Source: Antedon mediterranea (Eukaryota > Animalia > Echinodermata). From it: DNA of 64,000 nt. Each line of letters begins with the position of its first letter. The stretch's first letter is position 1. Location: positions 5,332,001-5,396,000 of the forward strand of contig NC_092672.1 in NCBI RefSeq assembly GCF_964355755.1, in the 5' to 3' direction. The notes below the pieces were generated by a model. The model had not been told where the DNA came from. It worked only from the letters and a program-made list of their open reading frames with translations, and did not search any database. Positions 55,801 through 64,000 of this stretch are shown here, in pieces. A program made the position numbers and the translations under genes.

Positions 55801-58281
55801 TGTTGTCTATAATCGTTGAGACTAAAACATTTTAAAAGTAGTAATAATTAATAATAAAACAGTACTTAATAAATCATATGATAATGATTGACCAATTGTA
55901 TAGTTTATCGTTAATCTGATTTTTTAACTTTCGTTCTTGCACAAACAACTGATTCTTGGTTTGTATTGCAGGATCACAAAGGTCAGAATAGCACACAAGA
56001 AATGATTGATGTCGATGAAGTCATTGACCTTACCGACGACTCGTATATTTCTACTGGAAGTTCAAACCATCAAACCGAGTCGCCTAATTTTCAGTCATCT
56101 TACAAGGACGGATTGAAGGTACAGGCATCACCAGAGATGGAATACATCGATCTGACAGATGACCAAGAAGAAGCCAATGCTTCTATACAAAACTCTGATA
56201 AGGAGAATATTAGTAATGATTCCTTTCAGGACTCCCATGTGGAGAGCATTAAAGGAAATGCTTCTCTCCAAAACTTCCATCTGGAAAATAATGAAAGTAA
56301 AACTTCCATTGAAAACTCTGACATGGAGAATCTTGAAGACAATTCTTCCCTCAAGGAAATGGAGAAATTTAAACACGATGATGTCAATGACAACTCTTCT
56401 ATTGAGAATTTTAAAAGTAAAGCTTCTATTCAGAATCTGCAAAGATCTCCAGCATTAATGATATCCGCGTCGTCTACTCATAACAGTCCAGCTGCTCCTC
56501 TTAAGTATCTTGTTGACGACAGTGATGAGGAAGATAATGCCAACACAACAGTTGATAGCAATTCTGCATTCCAAGATGATATGAAAGTTAATGAGAGTTT
56601 TGATGATATGGAGGATTCATACCAGAACATAAAAGTTTCTGAACCGGAAACACATACTCTTCCAAAAGGGTTAAACGAAAGCACGTCCTCACAAGAGCAT
56701 AACTCACCAGAACAGAAGTCACCAGAACAAGTTGATTCGCAAAATAATCACGGAGATATGTCTGATCAATTGGAAACGACAATCGAAACTTGTGATGAAA
56801 GTTTAATGGAAACCGAAAAGGATGTTGCTACCAAGAAAGAAGAGAGTGATTTATCAGAAATGGAAGACTTAAGTGACAAAAGAGACGAGGAAGTAGAAGA
56901 GAGAAGTGACACAGATTTAGAAGAAACTGAAAGAGTAGATCAGAATGTAGTTGATGAAAACATTGAAGATGAAAACATAGATTTAGAGAAAGAGGAGAAA
57001 GAAATGGATGAAACTGAAATTGAAGAGCAAACAGCCAATGAATCTATTTCAGGAGATGAAGAAGAAAACAGCATGGATGATTTTATTGATGATGAGGAGG
57101 AAGATGAAGAAGGTATTTAAATTTAATTTACTTTATACAGTATTTAAAGCTATGTCTACAATATCAAACTATGTGACCAAAAATGTGATGTGCCCAAATA
57201 TGGTAGTGATATACCCAAATATGGTAGTGTTATGACATCATCATGTCCATATATTGGGCACATCACATTTTTTTGATAGTGTAGACAGCTTAAGAATAAA
57301 ACCAAAACTGAAAGCATCCATAAATAATTTGGCCCATGACCTGTATAATAACAAATATAAGAAATATAAACACAATTTGATTAAAAAAATATTTAAAACA
57401 ATAAGCCATATTTGTATTGATTAATTACATAATTGACTATTATGAGTAATGGTAGATTTGCCTTTAATGTATTTTTTTTTCCATTTTTTGAAAATGTAGA
57501 ATTATCAAGTTGTGAGGAAATTGAAAATGATGAGTCAAAAAATGATAAATCCAAAAATGAGAAGTCAAAAAATGATTCCGTCTCGAGCGAAGAAGAAAGA
57601 GATGAAGAAAGTGAAGAAGAAGAAAGTGAAGATGAAGAAAGTGAAGGTGAAGAAAATGAAGATGAAGAAAGTGAAGATGAGGAATTTGACCCTATGTACT
57701 TGCAATTGGTCAAAGAGGGCAGGTAAACAATTTAAAAAATCACAATTGTCATACTATTTACTGGAGTGGTACTGTAGCTTGGTGGTTAATGCACGCTTAA
57801 CGATACTCTAGTTCTGTGTTCAAGTCATGGCTTTATAATTTGTTTTCCTGGCTTAAACAGTCGCACAACATACGCCTTAAAAACAAGCTTAAAGCGCTTT
57901 ATGTGAAAGTGTGATGTACCCAAATATGGTAGTGATAAGACATCATCATGTCCATATATGGGCACATCACATTGCATAAAGTTTAATAGTGTAGACAGAG
58001 CTTAAGGACTATTAACTGCTCATCTACAGTTGTAATGTTTATAAAAGAAAGGTGGGGTAGTAATAACTACCCTCCATCTATTGCACCCCTGGTAGTGTCA
58101 TATTTACTAATATTTGTTTTAATTTGTATCTTTTAGAAATCAAGAAAAAGCAGGAAAAAGCAGTAGAGCCTTGAAATGTTATTTAAAAGCATTAGATATA
58201 AATGACCAAGATAAGGCTCTGCGGAAGCACGTCTTAAAACTAATAGATACTTTAAGAAAAGCAAAGCAAAACCAACTGTAA
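37890..58281 (+). CDS. ERCC6L: DNA excision repair protein ERCC-6-like (PICH), SNF2-family DNA translocase; 19 coding exons
   Basis: Exons 37890-37947, 38836-39011, 43252-43442, 43991-44116, 44865-45030, 47165-47290, 49369-49461, 49723-49877, 49993-50107, 50514-50623, 50968-51175, 51534-51696, 52029-52367, 52850-52950, 53384-53618, 54899-54993, 55972-57112, 57500-57722, 58137-58281. Motifs [91 protein letters not shown]; TPR-like helices at both ends as in PICH. Confidence 0.9.
38290..38808 (-). mobile_element. CR1-type LINE 3' fragment in ERCC6L intron 1
   Basis: YCIQFWSPY...[12 protein letters not shown]...YEKRL...[16 protein letters not shown]...TRGHSLKL...WNSLP is the typical CR1 ORF2 C-terminus. 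Confidence 0.88.
39041..40797. mobile_element. Non-autonomous DNA transposon with 19-bp TIRs
   Basis: CAGTCTACGCTCGCGCTAA ... TTAGCGCGAGCGTAGACAG (one mismatch), TA on both flanks, subterminal TTGGC/GCCAA repeats. Confidence 0.75.
41138..41176 (+). ncRNA. Second minimal hammerhead-like motif (probable Penelope remnant)
   Basis: CA-CTGATGA-A-GGGC-TGGTGTT-GCCC-GAAA-GCTC-TG; palindromic AGCT stem III typical of dimeric minimal hammerheads; stem I weak. Confidence 0.6.
41343..42397. repeat. 87-bp tandem minisatellite, ~12 units, followed by a (TAAA)n-tailed end
   Basis: Unit ATGTGGTTTGGAGTATTGGA...CACACTTGTTTGTATA; produces spurious repeat ORFs. Confidence 0.95.
45955..47051. mobile_element. 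MITE with CCC(C/T)TTTTACACTATC TIRs and TA TSD, nested in a SINE
   Basis: TA|CCCTTTTTACACTATC ... GATAGTGTAAAAGGGG|TA; internal TTTACAC repeats. Confidence 0.8.
47622..49274 (+). mobile_element. Penelope-like element, 5'-truncated, with inverted partial duplication
   Basis: ORF 48279..49175 encodes an RT C-terminus ([15 protein letters not shown]) and a GIY-YIG endonuclease (GVVYKVGC..C...YIGETGR...RIKEH). 47622-48277 is the reverse complement of 48619-49274. Confidence 0.93.
49185..49228 (+). ncRNA. Minimal type I hammerhead ribozyme in the Penelope pLTR (mirror copy on the minus strand at ~47668-47711)
   Basis: GCAA-CTGAAGA-A-GTC..AGCT GAC AGCT..GAC-GAAAC-T-GTC-TTGC: conserved core, stem I GCAA/TTGC, GUC cleavage triplet. 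Confidence 0.8.
51728..51932 (+). mobile_element. tRNA-derived SINE family (copies also at ~45833-47130 split by a MITE, ~57768, ~62226-62520 split by a MITE)
   Basis: A-box-like TAGCTTGGT(A/G)GTT, B-box-like GGTT..ATCC, shared body CTAGTGC.AGGGTTGTAACT...AAGCCTCAAAT...ATCCTGTAATTGGC. Confidence 0.7.
53063..53335. mobile_element. Tc1/mariner-pogo-like MITE (related pieces at ~26256-26399 and ~54736-54858)
   Basis: Ends AGTAAAACCTCTATTAAGGGGACA / TGTCCCTTTAATGGGGTTCTACT; internal repeated GACAC..TATTAAG motifs. Confidence 0.55.
55211..55770. mobile_element. MITE with CCCCTTTCACACCAAAA TIRs and TA TSD
   Basis: TA|CCCCTTTCACACCAAAA ... TTTTGGTGTGAAAGGGG|TA; internal CTCCGGAG palindromes. Confidence 0.85.
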
Positions 58282-58489
58282 ACAAGATGAAACTCGCTCA
58301 CTGTAGTCTTGTATAATATTTATTACATTTTATAAATTATCATGGTTTTTGTAGATTAAATCATTTCATGTTTAGTGGAGTGCTATATTAATAGTATTAT
58401 ATACTGTAGTTCTCAGTTACAAAAAATATGCATTAAAATTTGTCCACCGGTAAGTTAAATAGTGCCAGCCTATTCAATATTCGTTGAAA

Positions 58490-59400
58490 CATCATCATTA
58501 ATGAGTCGGACGAAGAAAGGGACTGGTGAAGATCTAAATCTCTCAGTACGACCAAACAGGATTACGCCCAGACCTCAGGGTTCTGCTAATGTCACAAACG
58601 GGGGAAGAATGCTTCTAAATGTATCGGACTTTATTATTCCTTTACCAAATTTCAGTAAGAGTTGGACTCTTCTGTTAACTAGCGATGGAAGGTCTGACAA
58701 TTTAAGAGGAGACTTGTAGGATACATAGTTAATGCCATATATGATTCGTAGAGCTCTTTTTTTAACTCTTTTCTATTGACTTAGTTTGGTCTTTCGTAAT
58801 TGAATCCACGATTCCTTTGTGCCATCTAGCAGGGCTATTGCTTTTTAGACACTTTAATGAGGTCGCGTAAAACTTCTCCTTTGCGTGCGTAATTTCTCTT
58901 TGTAAGGCGTTCCGTTTCATTCGCCATTTGTTGGGTATATGGTTACTAGAAAAGGCCAACTGTCGTTCTGCAATCAAATCTCTTGATACCTCGGCGTCAT
59001 CCACGGCTTATCGGTTTTCTTATGGCAAATTGATTTCACAGGGAAAAAATCTGCAAATTTTCCATTAAGCACAGTAAGAAATTCATTTGTTTTAACACTT
59101 GTTGATTCGCTATCAAAACATGGCACCAGTCATGGGCAGTGATCTGATATCCAAATAATCTAACCGACGAGTTACGATACGGTTGGATAGTACAAGTGGT
59201 GTAGTTAGAGGTGGGTATATAACTTTAATTGGTTTCAATAGTATACAACAATGACAAAAACAAGACCAAACCGGCGACAAGCACAAAAACGGCTAAATTA
59301 TGAATGTACAAGCACAACAATCCATCAAAATATCATCTGAAACATCAAGGCAGTGATAGTAATTTTTTGTACAAATTGCATTCTACTCATCTTCCTTATT
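58490..59400 (-). mobile_element. Degenerate, internally deleted CR1/L2-group LINE
   Basis: Endonuclease-RT linker-like stretch (LIAERQLAF...KRNALQREITHAKEKFY) lies close to the ORF2 terminal motif RTERFRSSPVPF; frameshifted, RT core not seen. Confidence 0.55.
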
Positions 59401-59619
59401 GGTAGATTCACCAAATTTGAGTCCATTTCGAATTAAAATAGTGCTATACGAGCACGTTAAAAATGCGCACATTAATTGTACAAAAGTACTAAAAATGGTA
59501 AAAATATAACTCTTCAGAATACAGATACAGGATACAGATACAGATTCATTTATTGTCCAAAATAATAATGGAAATTACTTACAGTGCTCATAAACCTTGG
59601 CTTGCCTAAAATAAATATA

Positions 59620-60538
59620 AATATAACGGGGACTATCTAACAAATGTTTTGTTATAATACCTTATCCCAGCTGGGTGACCCCCAATTTTGTAACTCATTA
59701 TGGAAGCCAATGAGTTGTGGATATAAATGTATATACACATTAGATGTACAAAATGGTATGACGTCATCATTTGGCCACATGAATTTTTAAAATAGGGTTT
59801 TTTCCCCTTTTGTCATAGACCACCATATTCAACAGAGCGCTACTCGCTTATCTTTAATCGACTTTCTTTAAATTTTTAATATATTCTACCTCAACCAATT
59901 ACTTATGAGTTGCTAATATTTTCATTTGGATGACGTCATCACGTCTTAAAATTTAAATAACGCTGGTTACGTAATTTCACCTACAAGGTATATTTGAATA
60001 CCTTACAGCTCTTCTAAATAAAAGTTGTACCTTGATGTTTATAACTTATTTATTATGAGAGCTGGTGAAATGTAGATATGAATTCATATAAAATAAAGTC
60101 TATCGGATGTTGTGACATTATCATATGGCCAGTTGAAGTTAAAAAGTAGTTTTTTCATCTCTTTCGTAAAAGTTTTACAATTTTTAAAGAGCGCGCACTT
60201 CTACGTTCCAAATTTTCTTCCAATTGTTATATTTTATTGCTAAATTCATTATCTTTCGATATTGTTATCCACAAGTTTATTTTGATGTGTGCCGAAAAAT
60301 TATAAAATGATGTGCGTCTGTAATTTCACTACACTGTATATAGATATACAGTATATACTGTACATATTGTATATGGCATATAATAGGCACAACTCAGCAC
60401 TATAAGCGTATAATAGGATGGCATACATCAACATTTTCCGATTGTATGTTAACATACGTCCATGTTTAAAAAATATGAATGTCAATAAAATGATAAATGA
60501 TCACCTATAATTCGTCAAAGTGACGAATTAAATTCTAG
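59620..60538 (+). mobile_element. Helitron-like element (3' end clear, 5' end uncertain)
   Basis: Hairpin AATTCGTC-AAAGT-GACGAATT followed by CTAG|T at 60535-60539. Confidence 0.45.
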
Positions 60539-60699
60539 TTGAACTTGTTCTTGTTTAAAACATTCCAATTATATTGGTTTTTAAGTTGTAAGATAATCAA
60601 TCAACATACACGTGACCTATTTTATTTAAACATAAATAAAATATTCTTCCTCTATCTAAACATCCCCTTCGTTCCCAATTCCAATACAAAGTAGTAATC

Positions 60700-63474
60700 T
60701 CAGACAGTAACCAGTGGATCTGCATCCACTTCAGATACCATCACGTCTACTTTCCCTTCCATAATCTTCTCCAGTTGTTTTTTCAAAATCTTTAAATACG
60801 CCCTTTCACTGTTGCTATGGTTACTAAGAATGACGCTTATTCCTTGTGAATTTATCTCTAGTAGTTCATGATGAGACATTTCACCGGTGATGTAAAGGTC
60901 GGCAGGAACACCAATCAAAACACTGGATCCTGACCCAGCACAAACTGCTACTGTTTTCACCATTGACTCTGGAAATGAAATTGAACCCGATTATTAAAAA
61001 CATTGTACTATACACTTACAGAATACCAACACAAACCAATTTACAACAATAAGATGTTTACATAGCGATCTTTTTATTTTCATGATGCGACACTAGCTAG
61101 ACTGCGGCTATCGAGTTGAAAAGTCATTCTGCACACACGCTAAAAAACATATTGATTGTATTATGTAGGCCTATAACCCTCATCTACTTTTAGTGTTATC
61201 AACCCTCAACCAATGCCATACCTGAATTCTTGCCTCTTCCATATGCAACTCCTAGATACCCAACTCCTAGATGTTTTTTTGTACTCTTTATAATATCTTT
61301 GAGAGCTGTTTCTGCATTTAATGTATTTATTCTTCCCATTCCTGCTCCTGGAATAACAGCCTGTAAATAGCACAAAAGTAGATACTTGCTGAAAAGGAAA
61401 AGTTGTTGGAACGTACCATTTATTTTAGTGTTACATGTTGTACTACTTTCATAGGGGTTAAGGCCAATTTAGGTTTAGTAGGCAGAAATGGACTGTTCCA
61501 TTGTATATTTTCTATTCTTAAATAGGAATACAGTATTAAATAAATACCTTCTCAAGTTGCGTAATATGAGTTTTTTTAGAAGCATTCATCTTATGAATTT
61601 CATCAACAACATTTGCAAGATTCGATGAATCGCAGGCAAAGCTGAGCGATAATTCGGTATTATTTGAACCATCAGTATTAACTTGATTGTAAATCTGTGA
61701 AGTTCTGTGAAAAATAATTTTTAATAATAATAGTAATTTATTTTATTTATAAAAATGCTGCACCAGGACTAAAATAATCGGTATTCTTCAATCAATCAAT
61801 CAATCAATCAGATTTATATAGCGCCAGTATCCATAATAATGTTCAAAGGTGCTTGACAAAGTTAAGCAGGAAATGCCTCTGTGTAAAAATGGGTTTTTAG
61901 TCGTGTTTTGAAAGTGTTGATGTTTTCAGATGTCTTTATGTCGATTCTTTTTTCTATACTTACTGAATGTTACATTTGCGAGCTAGATGATCTTTTAACT
62001 TGAAGGCTTCAGATTGCTTGAGTTCTGTAACTTCAATTCGATGATCTTCAGAGGTACAGTAATCTCTAGTAGTGGCATTTGCATTCACAACATTGATAAC
62101 ACCATTTCCTATTTAAATAATGTATCAATGTTTTCATTAGGTTCAAGTAACTTTGGGTATTACAAAAAAGTGCCTATTTATACTCCTGTGAGACTTTAAA
62201 CACTGTGCCCTGTGACGACAGACAATTGCTTGATGGTTTAACATGTTTTTGCCTTTCAACCTCAAGATCCAGCGTTCAATCCTGATCTAGTGCTACAGTA
62301 GGGCCAGGTTGTAGCTCACAATTGTTAACTCAACTCCCTAAAGCTTTGTCCACACTATCAAACTAGTTTGAAAACAACAGTGTGATGTGCCCAAATATAA
62401 TAGTGATGTGCCCAAATATGGTAGTGATATGACATCATCATGTCCATATGGGCACATCAAATTTGTTTTTGTCAAATAAAGTTTGATAGTGTAGACAGAG
62501 CTTTAGCTTCAAATGAGAATTATTATCAATATAATAATCTGCCAACTCCTTCCCTAAACTGTTTAAAATTCTGTTTCACACCTGGAGCAAGGGCAAGCCA
62601 ATCTGTTAGCCCATCATTCACAGTATCATAAGCAGTGTGAGGCGAGTATATTGCAATACGATTTTCAATCGCTTTTACAATAATACGTTCTTTAAAGGTG
62701 GCCATAGTCAGACGTTTCAAAGCTGTAAAAATCGGTGGATGGTATGACAGTATCATGGACGACTTCTCAACAATTGCTTCTTCCAAAACATCTTCGGTCA
62801 AGTCATTTGTTAAGAACAATTTAGTAACTGTGTGAGGTGGTGTTGGTTCCACAAGTAGCCCTACGTTGTCCCAGCTTCCAGCCAGAGACGGTGAGGCAAG
62901 CTTGTTGAGACGTCCGACACACTCTTGTAAGTTCATTTCAGTTGGTATTGTAGTACACAGTGCTTTCTCCTTTTTAAAATTAAGACAAATAAATTAAATA
63001 TTCAATTATTATTTTAATATATAGGGCCTACAGTTGTTTAAGAAATTATGATATAAGATTACACTTAAACAGGATCCATACTATATAAGTCAAGAAAGGC
63101 CTGTGAGGTCTCCCTGGTCCCTGTAGTCATCTAACTACCTGTAGCTAGTTGAAAGTAATCACTACATACAGTAGCAGGCCTAACCATTCACATGCCTGGC
63201 TGGAGTTTATACCTCCATCCATCCATGCCAGCAGTACTGTTGACCTAGCTCTACTTAGCTACTACTAGTATTAGTACTGGATAGTACTAACTAACTAGTA
63301 CTAGTAGGCCTAGGCCTAGCTAGTAGTAGCATAATTTAAGTTTTCTGAAAGACGCTTTACTTTTAGAAAATAAAACTCTTCGTGTTTAATATATTATTTA
63401 ATTCTTACGGAGTTGCTGATCAATTTACTTCGAAGTTGATAACCAAATCTGAAATTTCTAAATATTAATGTCAT
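60700..63474 (-). CDS. NIF3L1: NIF3-like protein 1 (DUF34/NIF3 family); 6 exons
   Basis: Exons 63474-63409, 62969-62582, 62108-61964, 61704-61548, 61360-61222, 60968-60700 splice in frame; motifs LAGSWDNVGLLVEP, SYHPPIF, IYSPHTAYD, VAVCAGSG, ITGEMSHH, HSNSER. Confidence 0.92.
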
Positions 63475-63771
63475 TCCAGTCCAAGTACTTTCAGGTCTAG
63501 CCTAGACCCTATCTTTGTTTACAAAAACTTGAGTGGACACGCATGTTGTCACACACGCTTAGAGGGTGAAAGGTCATTATCTACTAGAGCGTGACAGACA
63601 GTGTGAGAGCGACTTTTACACAAACACGAAGCATTCAGGCTAGAGAAACCACAACTTGTAAACTTTACAATTTAAAGTTAATTCTTAAGTCAGCTTATCC
63701 ACTTCTGGTGACATTATTACACAATTTTGTTTGAACTAACATTCCAGTAAAAAGTTATCTACAGACCAAAG

Positions 63772-63784
63772 ATGGAAGACCTCG
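63772..63784 (+). CDS. Possible first coding micro-exon (MEDL) of a gene divergent from NIF3L1
   Basis: AAAGATGG start context followed by a strong donor G|GTAAGT, ~300 bp from the NIF3L1 ATG; the rest would lie outside the window. Confidence 0.3.
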
Positions 63785-64000
63785 GTAAGTCAATTTATTT
63801 TGTAGTTCGAGCACTCCCAATAATTTACTTCCGGAGTTTTTAGGCCTCACCACAACTCCATGATGGTATCACGATGGATTTTATACACAGGTGGGAGGAC
63901 TCAAATTAACTGATACTGATGAATAAAGATTTCAACAGGAGGCCTAACCTAACCTTGGAATTTAAATTATTGATGATATAGTTGTTTGTGTTATACTAAT

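Overview
Eukaryotic, AT-rich, intron- and repeat-rich animal DNA. It looks like a marine invertebrate, possibly an echinoderm, but that is inference. Three multi-exon genes can be spliced by hand. (1) A 28-exon DEG/ENaC (amiloride-sensitive) channel on the minus strand (30376->3116, ~1549 aa). Its extracellular finger region carries a ~975-aa insert of symmetric phase-1 modules: 11 LDL-receptor class A repeats, EGF, kringle, SRCR, and a Ser/Thr-rich region with a (Gly-Ser)n array and an RKRR furin site. This receptor-like ion channel is the most striking item in the window. (2) ERCC6L/PICH (+, 19 exons, 37890-58281). (3) NIF3L1 (-, 6 exons, 63474->60700). Mobile DNA includes a young Gmr1-like LTR element (SCAN-Gag-protease, no RT) inside the channel gene, a Penelope element with a 656-bp inverted repeat and hammerhead ribozymes inside ERCC6L, Helitron/Helentron-like elements, LINE fragments, tRNA-derived SINEs, several MITE families and minisatellites. 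All exon boundaries were derived by eye from splice signals and frame continuity and need RNA-seq confirmation.
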